From the human T2T-CHM13v2.0 reference genome, Homo sapiens, in NCBI RefSeq assembly GCF_009914755.1, contig NC_060928.1: DNA of 64,000 bases; one strand, given 5' to 3'. Each line of letters begins with the position of its first letter. The first letter of the stretch is position 1. Below, one piece after another: positions 12,895-27,230 of the stretch. The position numbers were made by a program, and so were the translations under genes. Under the pieces are notes generated by a model. That model worked only from the letters and a program-made list of their open reading frames with translations, was not told the DNA's origin and searched no databases.

Positions 12895-13661
12895 TCTTGA
12901 TATATAATTAATACTAAAAAGTGCAAATAAGTCCTACATAAGTGAAATTATAGTACCTATAAGCTGAGATACTAAAATATGGCTTTATTTTGATTATAAA
13001 GTAGTTCATATTACTGTAATATATTCTTTGTACAAAACAATAAAATTTTATCTGAATGTTCTATATCTGCTTTTTAAATTTGTTTTATTTTATTTGTTTT
13101 TCTTATTCATTATGGGCAAGTATAAAACCAATAGGAATTATGAGAAAGAGAGTCCCAAAACAATTTTCAAAAACTGATTTATATGGACTAAGAAATATAA
13201 AATTGGGAAAAATAATAAAATAGCTCCGGAAATTAGAAAAAAATGAATTTGAAATGACATGCAATTAAAGGAATTACACTAGATAAATTGCAAAAGAGGG
13301 CAAATAAAGAGCGACATTGAGAGATCATTTATACATTTTCTTCTTAAGAAACAAAGTAGAAAATAGCTAGGAGAAGTCCTAGAAGACATCTACTTGCTTG
13401 TGAAAAGTCACAGGAAAAAGAACTAGAGTCAAGAAAAGGCCTTTGGCAAGATAGGCCTTAGTTCGTCAACTGCATGTTATTTTCCTAGCTAAGCTCTGTA
13501 ATAATTGGTATAAGCAGTGCCAGACATTACAAAAGAACTAAAGAGCAAGTCTGCATGGTATAACCACATTAGGAATATTTTAGACACTATCACTTTATCA
13601 GTTTTAATGAATACTACCTTTTCCAAATTTTTTATTCCTTATTTCTATATATTAAAAAAAA

Positions 13662-16600
13662 TTTCATTGAGGTAAGAACGCTTAACATGAACTTACCCAC
13701 CAGACAAATTTCTGTGTGCACAATACAGTATTGTTAACTATAGGAAAAATGGTGTACAGCAGATCTCTAGAACATATTCATCTTGCATAATTTAAAATGT
13801 CTGCCCATATAATTGCAATTTCCCATTTCTGTCTTTCCCCCGGAATATTATCCCTGGTAACCATCATTCCATTCTCTTAATTCTATATGTTTGACTATTT
13901 TAGTTACCTCATATAAGAGCAATCATTCAGTGTTTATCCTGTGACTAGCTAATTTTGCTTAGTATGATGTCCTCACAGTTCATCATGTTGTCACATATTG
14001 TAGAATTTCCTTCTTTTTAAAGGCTGAATAATATTCCATTATATATTATATATAAAAAGAAGCAAATATGTATACACACACACATAAGTATACACACACA
14101 CACAACATTTTCTTTATCCATTAATCCTTCAGTAGACATTTACATTGCTTTCACATTTTCCCTATTGTGAATTGTGCTGCAATGAGTATTGGGATGCTAA
14201 TATCTCTTTGAAATTCTTGTCTCAGTTGTTGTGGATAAATAACCAGAAGTGGGATTGTTGATTTATGTGACAGTATTATTTTAAATTTTTTGAGAAACCT
14301 CTGTAACTGTTTTCCATAACAATGGCACCAATTTTCACTCCCATCAACAGTGTACAAAAGTTTCAATTTCTCCAAATGCTCACCAAGACTTGTTTTTTTT
14401 GGTTAATTTTTATAATAGCCATTCTAACAGACGTGAGGTGATATCACAGTATGGTTTTCATTAGCATTTCCCTGATGATTAGTGACATTTGGCATATCCT
14501 TTTCGGCCATTTGTATGTATTTGGAGAAATAATTATTAAAATTTTTAGCATATTTTTAAATCAGATTTTTTGGTATTTAATTACTTATATATGTTGGAAA
14601 CTAATCTCTTATCAGATATATGGTTTGCAAATATTTTTCCCATTCTTTAGGTTGCATTTTTACTCCTTTGATTTTTTCCTCTGGGTGAAGAAACTTTTTG
14701 GTTTAATGTGGTCCCACTTACTTATTTTTGCTTTTGTTGCCTGTATTTTTGTTGTCATACGTGGAAAATTGTTGCTTAGATCAATGTCATAAAGCATTTC
14801 CTGAATATTTTCTACAAGGAATTTTATATGTTCAGATTTTCATTTAAGTTTTCAATCCATTTTGAGTTGATTTTTGTGTATGGTCTAAGTTATTAGTTCA
14901 AATTTATTCTTTTACATGTGAAATTTCTGTTTTCCCAACATGACTTATTAAAGATACTATCCTTTCCCCATCATGTATTGTTAGTATCCTTGTCAAAGAT
15001 TGACTGACTGTATATGTGTGGATTTACTTCTTGACTGTCTATTCTGACCTATTGATCTATTTGTCTTTTCGCCACTGCCATACTGTTTTAATTACTATTG
15101 CTTTGTGATATATTACAAACTTTCAGGAATTGTTATGCCTCCATATTTATTCTTTCTCAAGATTGTTTTGGCTATTTAGGGTCTTCTGTGATTCCATGTG
15201 AATTTTAGAATTTATATACATATTTCTGTAAATAATGCCATTGAGATTTTTAAATAGGAATCATATTGAATCTGTATATTGCTTTGGGTAGTATAGACAT
15301 TTTAATAATATTAATTCTCCCAATTAATGAACATAGAATATCTTTACTTTTTTTGTGTCCTTAATTTCTTTCATTAATGTTTTGTAGTTTTCAGGGCACT
15401 GGCCTTAACTTAGTCCTTAGTTAAGTTTATTCCTAAGATTTTTTTACTTTTTAATACTATAGTAAATGGGATTATTTTCCTTTTCAGAGAGTATATTTTT
15501 AGTGTATAAAAATATGACTAATTTTTGTAAGGTGAATTTGTATCTTACCACTTAACTGAATTGCTTATTAGTTTTACTAGTTGTTTTTTGGTGTATATGT
15601 ATGAAGATTTTAGGGTTTCTACATATTAGATTGTATCATCTGCAAACCGAGATACTTCTTTTTACTTTCCAATTTAGATGCTTTTAATTTTTTTCTACTG
15701 CCTAATTGTTTTGTGTAGATCTTCTAGTATTATGTTAAATAGTCATGCTGAAAGTAAACATTTTTGCCTTGTTCCTGTTCTTAGAGAAAAAGTTTTGATA
15801 GTGTCACCATTAAGTACGATGTTGGCCGTGGACTTGTCATGTATGGCTTGTATTATGTTCAGGTACACTTCTTCTATACCTAGTTTATTGAGAGTTATAA
15901 TCACAAAAGAGTCTTATCACAAATTTTATATCTTTTTTTCTACATTTATTTAGATAACTGTGTCTTCATTCTTTTAATATGATATATTACATTAATTGAT
16001 TTTCATATGTTGAACTTATCTTACATCCCAAGGATAAATTGATCATAGTGTATGATTTTGTTGATATGATGTTAAATTTTTTTTGAGATTTTATTGAGGA
16101 TTTTTGTGTCTATATTTTTCAGGGCTATTGCCCTATGGTTGTATTTTCATATGGTATCTTTGAGTTTGGTATCAAGGTAATTCTGGCCTTATAAAATGTG
16201 TTTGGAGTTATACTCTCCTTTTCAATTCTTATGGATGACATTGAAAATTGGCATTAATTATTCTGTAAATTTTTGGTGGAATTCATCTATGGAGCATTCT
16301 GGTCCTGGATTTTTCTATCAGAGGCTTTTTATTATTGAGTCAATTTCCTTACTAGTTATTATTATGTTCAGATTTTTTTCTTCATGATTGAGTCTCAGCA
16401 GAATTCATGTTTCTAGAAATCTATTTATTTCTCCTGTTATCCAGTTTGTTGGTTTATAGTTGTTCATAGTAATCTCTTATGATTTTTAATGTTTCTATGG
16501 CAGCAGTGATAATGTCTACTCTTTCATTTTTAATTTTATTTGAATCTTCCCTTTTTTCCTTAGATAATCTAGCTAATTATTTCCCAAAATTGTGGATCTT

Positions 16601-19390
16601 TTAAAAAAAACCAACTCTTAGTTTTGTCGATTTCTCTGTTTTTCTATTCTATATTTTATTTATTTCTGCTCTGATCTTTGTTATTTCCTTTCTTCACTTA
16701 ACTTTGAACTTAGTTTATTCTTTTTGTTTTAGTTCCTTGAGGTTTAAAGATAGGATTCTTACTTATTTGTTCTTTTTTATATAAGTGTTTATCATGAAAA
16801 ACTTCCCTCTTAATACTGCCCTTGCTGCATTTCATTAGTTTGGTATGTTGTGTTTTCATTTTCATTTGTTTCAAGATATTTTCTGATTTCTGTTTTGATT
16901 TCTCCTTTGATCTACTGGATGTTCAAAAGTTTTTATTTAATTTCCTCATATTTGTAAACTTTGAAGTTTTCCTTGTGATATTTGTTTTTTATTTCATTCT
17001 ATTGTGTTTCAAAAAGATACTTAGTATAATTTAAATCATCTTAAATTTACTATTTGTTGTGACCTACCATGTAATCTATCCTGGAAGTTATTTCATGTGT
17101 ACTTGAAAAGAACATATATTCTACTGCTATTGAGTGCAATATTTTGTTTACCTGTTAAGTCAGTTTTTCTTTCGTGTTAGCCAAGACTGCTGTTTCTTGT
17201 TGATTTTCTGTCTTTCCTCTGTCAATTACTGAGAGTGAGATTTTGAAGTCACTTCTTATTGTATTCCTATTTCTCCCTTCAGTTTTATCAGTGTTTTCTT
17301 TATAAATTTAGGTACTCTAATGTTAGGTCCACATATATTTGTAATTATACTGTCTTCCTGAATTTAGTTTTTCATTATTATAGAATGTCCTTTATATCTT
17401 GTCACAGTTTTAGACTTAAAGCCTATCTGGTCTGATATAAGTACAGTCATCCTTCTTTTCTTTTGGTTACCATTTGCATATGTATCCTTTCTATCACTTA
17501 GTTTTTAGTCTGTATGTTGTATTAAATCTAAAGTTCAATTAATTCAGCAACTTCATGTTTTTTTATTAGGGAGTTAAATCAGTTTAAAGTAATTATCGAT
17601 ATGGTAGGATTTACTATTATTATTTTGTTAATTGTTTACTTTGTCTTGTAGCTCATTTGTTCCTTTTTTCCTCTTTTGTTGATTTTTTAGTATTGATATG
17701 CTTTGAACGTTATATCTGTATTTGTCTATATATTTACTTTTATCAATGGGTTTTAAACTTTCTTCAGCTATCGTTTGCTCTTTAGTATACTTTCTTTTCA
17801 ACTTGAAGAACTACTTTTAATATTTGCAGGGTATAGTATTCTTGATAGACAGGGTTTTTCTTTTTTCTTTGAGTGCTTTGAATATATCATCTTGCTTCCT
17901 TATGGCCTACATGGTTTCTGCAGAAAAGTCCACTGAGAGTATTATGAGAATGCTCTGTTATGTGACAAGTTGCCTTTCACTAGTTGCTTTCAAAATTCTC
18001 TTTGCCTTTCACTTTTGACAATTTGATTTCATGTTTCTCATTTTGAACTTGTTTGGATTCCTTATTTGGGGTCTTTCAGGCTTGCTAGATTTAAATGTCT
18101 ATTCTATTCTCCCAGATTTGGTACATTTTCAGACATTATTTATTAGAATATGCCTTCTGGTTCTTTCTCTTTATTTTATATTTTTGGAACAGGCATAATG
18201 CATACATTGATCCACTTGATCATGTCCCATAAGTACTTTAGGCTTTCTTCATTTCTTCTTACTTCTGCTTCTCTAAATGAATAATGTTCAGTGACCTGTC
18301 ATCAAGTTTGCTGATTCTTTCTTTTGCTTTCTTAATATAGCCTGTTGTAGAATCCTTCTAGTTAAATTTTCAGTTATTGTATTCTTCAGCTCCATGTTCT
18401 CTTTGTTTAGCACTTTCAAAAAATTTTCCATCTCTTTTTTAAAATCCTCACTTTGTTTACTCATTGATCTACTGAACTCAATGAGCATCTTTTGATGGTT
18501 AGTTTGAATTCTTTGTCAGGTACATTATTTATCTCCATTTCATTCAGGTCAGTTTTTAGATATTTATCTTGTTTCTTTATTTGGAAAATATTTTCCTTTT
18601 TTTTCATTTTTTTGAACTTTCTGTGTTGCTGTTTGTGCATTAGACAAAATATCATCTCTCCTATGCTTTACAGATTGTGCTTATATTGGTAAAGACTTCA
18701 CCAGTCACCCTGGCTAGACATTCTGAAGGTTTCTCAAACTTTTGCCAGTGCAACCAACTTTCTTTGTTTTTAGTGGCCCACAGGCATCTAGAGTTGTCCT
18801 GAGTCTCAACAGTGTTCAGAGACAGGCAAGACTGAAATCAGTTTCTCGGGCAGCCTCCAGAAAAGTTGGGTTGTTAGATTTGTGGTGAATCTTATTTTCT
18901 TCCCAGGTAGAAACTGATATCTGGGGTTTTTCATTTGTCTGATGTATGCTGAATCTGGGGGAGTGGCCATGGTGACTGCCAGCCCCAAACCACCATCTCT
19001 GTTCTCATTGGCCCTGAGTTCCTGGAGTATGCAGTGTGTGTGTACTGTCAGTCCTAGATAGAAACCAGTTCTCTGGGTAGCCCCTGGAATATTTGGGGTG
19101 TTGAACTTTCTTCGTACCTCTTTCCTTCCCCAAAAAGCAGTTGAGAGGTGACAGGATTTGTCCCTGTTTTATGGAACTGTGCTAAGGGTAGAGAATATGG
19201 CAAGAAAGTAACATGAATTTTCCTACCAGCTTCAATGTGGCTGGTTTCACACTCATCCAGGGTACAGAAGCCTCTTAACTAGCTTCTAGATTTCTTAAAA
19301 AAGAAATATGTCCATGTATGATGGTGCAATTTGTATGTAGAGGGAAGGAGGGTCCAGGGATTCCTATTCTGCCCTGCTGCTGATGGCATT
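13662..19390 (-). mobile_element. Near full-length ancient L1 (L1MA9-like)
   Basis: L1MA9-type 3' end (GGTAAGAACGCTTAACATG...AGCAGATCTCTAGAAC), decayed ORF2 to about 17500, ORF1 remnants (EMEINNVPDKEFKLTI, 18461-18655), 5' UTR ending CAGGGATTCCTATTCTGCC. Confidence 0.85.
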
Positions 19391-19873
19391 CCTATTTGCA
19401 CACATTTTTAACAACTTGAATAATATTTTTAAAATAAAAGAACATTCTTTAAACAGTTACATTCCTATTTTAAAACAATAAACAATTTGGTGTTTATTGA
19501 ATTTTAAGTTTTATTTAAAATTTATCAAAAATACATTTAGATTAAAATTAAAATTGCACTACAATGCTTATAGGAGGAAATTATATTCTCTGCTCTGCCT
19601 CTTATTTCCTAAAGTTAACTACTTTTAATTAGTTCAGCTGTTTCTTATAATACTTTTTTTTACTTCAGTACTTATTTATTGCATTTACTTCCCTGAATTG
19701 TTAATTTACTTGTTGGCCTTCCTGGAATTAAAGCCACCTTGCTCTAACATTTGTTTAGCTTCCTATATGTATATAATCAGTTCACCCTCAAACACTGATG
19801 GAATACGAAGCACTTCACTTAACAATCAAATGGATGAGATAATTTATTTGATGAGATTTTTTTTCTTGGATAT

Positions 19874-20080
19874 AAGTGGTGTGCTGAAGCTGGGTTTAAC
19901 TAGATATTGGGAGCTGATTGTGTGTATTTCTTCCAAAATCAGCAGTTCTATGATATGTTTTCTTCCCTGCTAGAAATATTTACAGCATAGATATTAGAAA
20001 ATGTTCCAAAATGGGTCATTCATTTTAGGGGTTTTTCCCCCTGGATTGTAAGTTAATAAGCATTCACCAGCCCACCACTA
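19874..20080 (+). mobile_element. MER63-like hAT non-autonomous DNA transposon
   Basis: Terminal inverted repeats AGTGGTGTGCTG...CAGCCCACCACT; internal GAGCTGATTGTGTGTATTTCTTCC resembles MER63A. Confidence 0.7.
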
Positions 20081-21279
20081 AATATAACTTCCTTGGAATT
20101 CACCATCTTCCTGGTCAAGTATGACTTATTGCACCTGCTACAGAAATGTCATCTTAACATTATTGTCACCCTCATTCCAGCAAATAGTTTTACCTCTCAC
20201 TTCTGTGATTGACCTTCTGTTTTCTGACCTCATATCTTCCTGTTTTTCTTAGTTTAATCTCTTATTTTGCTCAAAATTATCTTACAGTTGTTTCACAAGA
20301 AAGCATACAAAATAGATAAATGTTATAAAAGCATGCATTTCACAAAATTTCATTTTTTACCTCTAAAATGACTTTTTTTCAAATAGAAGACTATTCCAGA
20401 AATTATTTTTCAGCAAACGTATGAGGAAACTTCACTATCTCAGTTGTTTCAGTTGTAAGAAAGATAATTGTTACCTTATTTTCCTGGATGATTTATTCTC
20501 TTTTTCATTATATGTTTAGCAAATTTAGTTGGTTTTCAACATAGCACCTTTTTTCTCTTATGTTTACTTTATATAATAAAAATGTTTCATTACATATTCC
20601 CATTCTGCGTATACTTTCAATAACACTTGACATTCACTAAATAATTTGATGCTAAACTCTAAGATATAGTGATTTTTTTCACAGATCTGCTCTCAAGTTC
20701 CTTTAAATTAAGTGTCATATCCAGTGTTTCTTCATGAAATAAAATATTGTGTCTACCATTATATTTTTGACATTAAGTATTTAATATTACTTGGAAAATT
20801 AAAATTTCAAACAGTAATCTATGTAAAGAGTGGTGATGGTAATAGTAATTGGCAGAGATTTTGAATTTTAACCCATTTAATCATTTTGTACCCTATACAT
20901 CTTCATCAGAAATGTACTTAATAAAGATAATTGTTCATTATCATATTCCTTCTCTGACTTATGTGTTATTACCTAGTAAAAAGTAGGAGTGTTAATTTTC
21001 TAAATAACAACAGGAAAGCTAAGTGCCTCATAATGAGTTACAGAAATATTTTTTTCTTCAAGTGAATACCTGAGGAAAAAAATACCTATAGTTAATATTT
21101 TCTAGTTTCTGAACTGTAGGACTTACTCCCACTGCCAACCTCAACCCAGGACCTGTCCCCTATTTAGCCATCAGAAAAACATTAGCCAAGCAGATAATCA
21201 TCCCAGTTAAATATGATTATTTTTCACTAAGGAAATGAATTGTCTCAATAAAAACCTTCTTTTAAAAGTGGCCTTTGGG

Positions 21280-21474
21280 GCATAAGAATGATACAGTGGA
21301 CTTTGGGGACTCGGGGGAAAGGGTAGGAGGAGGTTGAGGAATAAAAGACTACACAATGTATACAGTGTACACTGCTCGAGTGATGGGTGCACCAAAATGT
21401 CAGAAACCACCACTAAAGAACTTATTCATGTAACCAAACACCACCTGTTCTCCAAAAAGCTATTGAAATTTTGA
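21280..21474 (+). mobile_element. L1PB 3' UTR fragment
   Basis: CATAAGAATGATACAGTGGACTTTGGGGACTC...CACCACCTGTTCTCCAAAAAGCTATTGAAAT; 16-bp TSD (14/16) at 21264-21279 and 21475-21490. Confidence 0.92.
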
Positions 21475-21534
21475 AAAAGTGTCTTTTGGGAATTTCCAAA
21501 TGTAATTTCACGTTATGCTTGATCTTCTTTTTTA

Positions 21535-21904
21535 GAATGCATTGTGTTCTGTCAAAATTTAGATATTGAAGCCCTTTCTAATGCGGCTGTTTTTTGAAAT
21601 GGGGCCTCTAAAGAAGTAATTAATGTTCAATGACATCACAGTGGTGGACCCTTGATCCAATAGGATTAGTGTTATTATAAAGACACAAGAGCAGTCTCTC
21701 TCTCTCACACTGTACATGTACCAAGAAAAGGCCATTTGAGGACATAGTTAGAAGGTGGCTGCCTGCCTGCATGCCAGGAAGAGAGCTCTCGCTGGAAATC
21801 TTGATCTTGGACTTGTGGCTTTCAGAACTGTCAGGAAATAAATTTCTGTTGTTGAAGCCTCTCAGTCTATGTTTTTTGTTATGGCAGCCCAAGCTGACTA
21901 ATGC
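21535..21904 (+). mobile_element. MLT1A-like MaLR solo LTR
   Basis: GGGGCCTCTAAAGAAGTAATTAA...AATAAATTTCTGTTGTTGAAGCC...TGTTATGGCAGCCCAAGCTGACTAATGCA. Confidence 0.85.
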
Positions 21905-22899
21905 AGTCTCTAACTGTGCATCTGTCATTGAGAATCTCTGTTACATGGAAGAATTTCCAACTGCTTTTTAAGGCATCATTCTTAAATGCAAATAGTAAAT
22001 AAAGATTCCACAGACATGTGAGAAGATCTGCTGAATGGAACTGAAGAAAGCTATGAAAGTGATTTTAAAGAAAGAGAGCAATATAGGGGAGACAACAAAA
22101 ACAATATTAAAATTAACAATAATTATTATTTTGAGAGTGATTTAAAAAAGAGAAGGTACAACCCATGCTACAGAAAAGGAACATCTTTGGAAATTAAAAA
22201 TGTAATAAAATTGATTTTAAAATAGAAAGATTAAAAAATAAAATTTAGTGAATACCCAAAAAGGAAAGTAACAGTTAAAAAGTAGAAAGTATAAAAATGT
22301 TTTAAAATGATCATCTAACAAAATTGTAAAAGAAGGAGTAGGAGGAAAAAGATGAAGAGTAGAACCTAACACCATGTATTTTGGGATTTATACCTCATGT
22401 ATAAGCACAAATCATCAATGGGTAGAGTAAAAAAAGTCAAGAATATTGATAATACCCCAAGTTGATATCTATAGAGAAGATTAAAATAATTGCAAAGGTA
22501 TATGGTTATACCTTATTATTGTATGCAAATTCATGGGTCTTGTTTGTTTGCTTTCTACTGAGAACATCAATTTCCTGACAAATATTATTCTGTTCTTAGC
22601 AGTTAGATATTCTGCCTTGATCAACATTGTGAGGTGAATACTATTTATCAAAAATTGGTTTCCTGATGTGATACTGCAAGATGAAATTTTCTTTCATTTT
22701 GAAGTGAATTTAATTGATTTTTATCAACTGAAGGCAATAATACCAAAGCAATAATAGAAGAGAGATTGAAACTCAATTTAGCATATCTTAGGGACAGTAA
22801 ATTTAGGTTAACTTAAATACTAGAAACTTCAGGCAATAGAACAAACAAAGTAAGTAGATTCAAAGTAAATAAAAAGCTAAATTAGAAAACCCAATTTCA

Positions 22900-23230
<331 letters not shown>

Positions 23231-23587
23231 AATAAAAAAGTTGCACAGAAAAGGAAAACTGCTTTATACCAAAAAAGGATATTTCTGACCTAATATTTCT
23301 TTAATTACCTTTTTGGAAAGACCTTTTTTTTCATAAAACATATGACTCAAAGACAGATAATTTTTGAATATTGTTTTCAACACTATACACACCTGAACAA
23401 TTTTTCAAAATATGCATACCTCAAAAAACTTGCTCTTTTACTTTGTTTTGTCTAACATCTTTTATTCTCAAATTAAAGATGATGATTATCTCTCCTTTCT
23501 TCAAACCTTAATTGATTTTCCCCTTTGAAAAAAAAATCTTTTACTGTGCATTTTTTACCTTCACCTATATGCTAAAATGTTTCATAT

Positions 23588-23802
23588 TTGTTACTGTATG
23601 GCATACCGTAGGCAGTTTTAACACAATGGTATTTCTGTAATCTAAGCATATCTGAATATAGAAAAGATAGTGTGTTGTGCTTTGATGTTATAATAGCCAT
23701 GTCACTAGGCGAGGGGAATTTTTCAACATTATTATTGTCTTATGAAACCACCATGGTATATACAGTCCACTCTTGACTGAAGTGTTATGTGGTGCATGAC
23801 TA
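23588..23802 (+). mobile_element. Tigger3/MER7-like DNA transposon fragment (one end)
   Basis: TCACTAGGCGAGGGGAATTTTTCA...TTGACTGAAGTGTTATGTGGTGCATGACTA resembles the Tigger3 terminus. Confidence 0.75.
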
Positions 23803-25109
23803 TACTTAAACATGTACCTTCCAAATTTCTTTTGCCTAGTGTGGTATACTCTTTCTTCATATAGAAATCTTACCAATTATTCAAGAGCATATATAATTCT
23901 TATTTTCCATTAAGACTTTACTGCTATTTAATCCTACATTGATCTCCACGTTTACTGAAATTGGTAGCTCATTGAATATATTTGTCCTATGATCCTTGTT
24001 ATGTACCTAACTATAGGACTTTTGTCTTATAATGTGTTTTTATATTTTTCCTTATATTTAAGTATGTTATTACCTCACCAAAGTGGGACTGTGCCATCTA
24101 TTTTGTTTACATACCCAAGAGCATTCTAAATTCTATGTTCAGTATGTATGTGATGAATGATGGAAGGAAGGCAGGGAAGAAAGGAAGGAATGGATAAGAC
24201 CTTCGTGAGACTTAAAAAACAACTAGTTGATATTCTGCCACTTATTGAAAGTCATTTAACAATGATTTTATGCAATATAGTAAAGTTGATGCAATAACAA
24301 CAACTCAAGTACTTTTCCCAAAAAATAAAAAGTAATATTGGAAAGCATTGGTGGTCACTGGGTCTGATAAATCACTGACACTTTTTCTTGGTAAATTATT
24401 TTTTGTGTTTGTAGAACATGGCATATAAAAATGTTTTAAAAGGAAATAACTCATCTCAGATCCTTGCAATGCTATTATATCCGTCTACAGTTTTGAATAT
24501 ATCAAAATGTATTGTCAAATACTTTATAGTACTCATAGCTCTTGTCAAATAAATTGATTGTTTTGGTCTCTTCAAATAGTCCCCACCATGGTTAATCAGG
24601 AACAATTTGAAAACAGTATCCTCAGTTAGAATAAAGTTATTGTTTATGCCATTATTTTTCAAATGATAAATTTTATTTTGTCATTTAAAAATGACCTGAT
24701 GAAAATAGCTTTGTAGTAAAGACTTTCTTTGACATAGACTGATGTTTTTTTGTCTTATATTGAATCAGTCTATTCATTTGAGTCTATGTTCCTTTTAATT
24801 CTTGAAATTTAGAAAAATGTAGTTCACTATATCAGTCATTCCTGATATATTACATCTGTTACCAGGTAGTTCTTCCAGCATGAGCATAGTCCCAGATTAC
24901 TTTTGCTGGTTCACTACCCAAAGAGATAATAAAATCTTTGTATATGGATTCAATAAAATGTACACATTCCTAGTCATAGATATTTATGATATTTGCTATT
25001 ACATCATGTGACAAAAATAAGCAGATATATTTATAACCAAGTTCTGTGCAATTTCAATTTGACTACTAATACGTACTCCAATAATGTAATGTTTTCTTAT
25101 TAACTATTA

Positions 25110-25713
25110 TTTTATTCAGTCTGTGTCTAGCATATTATGTGTGCTATTTTGGATGCTCAAGATAGATTTAAATCAATATAGAATTTATCTTAAATAAATT
25201 CTTAGGACAATGGAAACATAGACATGCAATTTTTTACTAAGATACTACATGTAATTCTCATTAAAATAGGAGAACTTAAGAACAAATTTATTTACTGATG
25301 TCAGGGAAATGTACCAAAAAGTGGTGACACTTGAATCATGAAAGAACAGTTTATTATTGAATCAGCTCTTAGCAAGGACATTCTAAGATAGAATAGCATG
25401 TGTAGAAATAGGAATATGAGATATTTCTGGTATGTGTGATATGACTGAAGTACAGGTGAATGGTATGGGAAGAGAAGGATAAGAAGGCAAGACATTAGAT
25501 TAACATGGCTTGGGATCGTAAGCATCTTATGCATCAAGGTTCAATTTTGTACTTGTTTTTTCTTATTCTCTCTTAGTGGGGGGTGTACAATAACATTTGT
25601 GTTGTACAAAAATAATCATAATAATTGTAGAGAGATTAGATTAGTTGTGATAGGAATTAAAGTCATGAAGAGTTAGGAGATGTTCTATAGTTTGAATGAG
25701 AAATAATGAGGGC
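25110..25713 (-). mobile_element. L2 (older copy), left part of a split element
   Basis: Purine-rich reverse L2 3' region ending GAGAAATAATGAGGGC; appears to resume at 26815. Confidence 0.55.
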
Positions 25714-26814
25714 ATGTCCCAGTCTCAGGTTTTGATTCTCTTCTCTATCTATCTTTTCTGTTTACACTCAGAACATGACCTCATCTGATCTTAAAGAATG
25801 ATATCACGTGTATCCAGACATTTATGCTGAACTTCAGACTCCTATATGTAATTGCCTCATCTGTGCTTCCTCATGGTTATATAATAGCTATCTCATACCA
25901 CGTCAAAAACTGAACTCTGCGTTTTCTCCCCATACTCTAGCTAAAATACCTCCTCCAGATGCAGTTTTCTGTCTCAGCTGATCCTAAATCCCTCATTGTT
26001 TCTCAGAAAAACATTAATTTGGAATTGTCCTATAATATTTCTTACATTTACATATACTTTAATTCTCTAATCAAAGTATACCCAGAATCTGATGACATCT
26101 CACATGCCACTGCTACCAGCGTCTTCTGAGCAGCAACATCTCATTTTGATTACTTGAAGACCCCCTTTGTTGTCTCTCTGCCTCCATCCTTGCCCCTCTA
26201 CATTGTATTCTCAACACAGTAGCCAGAATGATTCATTTAAAATGTTAATTATACATCCTCAAAATCATTCTAAGACCTTTTCTTTCACTTAGAATAAAAT
26301 TGTAAGTTTTGCAATGGCCTCCTAGGTCCTACATAATTAGCCCCCAAACTGTGAATTATTCTTGCTCATTCTGTTTCAAACACACTGACCTCCATGTTAT
26401 TTCTTAAATGCATCAGGGATTCTTGGTCTTAGCGCTTTTGATCAGTTCTTTCTAATGCCTGGAAAGTTTTTTTCATTAGATATGTTCATTAACTTTCTCT
26501 TATCCTGTAAGTCTTTTTTCAGGAGTCAATCATCTCAAGGGAGCCTCCCCCTGATCACTAAGAATTGTAACTCCTTCGCCAATCACTCTTTTTGCCAGTT
26601 TGTGTTTTTCCCACAACAGAAACCATCTCTTCCATGCAGCATACATTATCTATTACTATGTCTATTATTCATTGTCTTTCTAACTGCTAGAATATAAATT
26701 CCAGGAGTCCAAGGATTTTTGTTTGCATAGTTCGCTAATACATCCGTAATACTTAGAACAATATCAGTTGCATAATAGGTCTTCAGTGAGCACTATTTAA
26801 ATAAATGAATAAAT
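25714..26814 (+). mobile_element. L2a 3' region
   Basis: L2 motifs (CTGAACTTCAGACTCCTATAT, ATTCTCAACACAGTAGCCAGAATGAT, CTAGAATATAAATTCCAGGAG) and terminal AATAAATGAATAAAT. Confidence 0.8.
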
Positions 26815-27230
26815 GGCTTGCATTAATGTGATGACAACTATGACACAGAGAAAGAAATAGAAACAATAGCTGTTTATCATGCCAATTTAGACCAGGGGGA
26901 AAATTATGGGTTTGGAATTTATAATATTAAGTTGTAGCCTCCTTCTTTCATTTATTAACCATGTGATTCCAGGTGACAATGGAAAGAAAATTGTGAAGCA
27001 ACTCAAAATAATTGTTAGAAGGATAGGAGAAGAACTAGGGATAATGATATCTCAGAAGCAAAGGGAAACTTTTTAAAAAACATTCCCATAACCAATATTG
27101 AGATATGTTATAAATAAGTCCAGTAACAGTTAATTTTATTTGAAAACTAGGGTATCATTGATGATATATGTTCAGTGGAGTGGTAGAGATAAAAAGTCAT
27201 TTTATAGGAGAATTTCCTAATGAATTGCTG
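26815..27230 (-). mobile_element. L2 (older copy), right part, possibly with a short MIR piece
   Basis: Continues the reverse L2 (TCAGAAGCAAAGGGAAAC, GTCATTGATGA-like, TTCAGTGGAGTGGTAGAG). Confidence 0.5.

Noticed and set aside
22000-22330. A-rich stretch resembling old L1 ORF1
   Set aside because: Too degenerate to call by eye.
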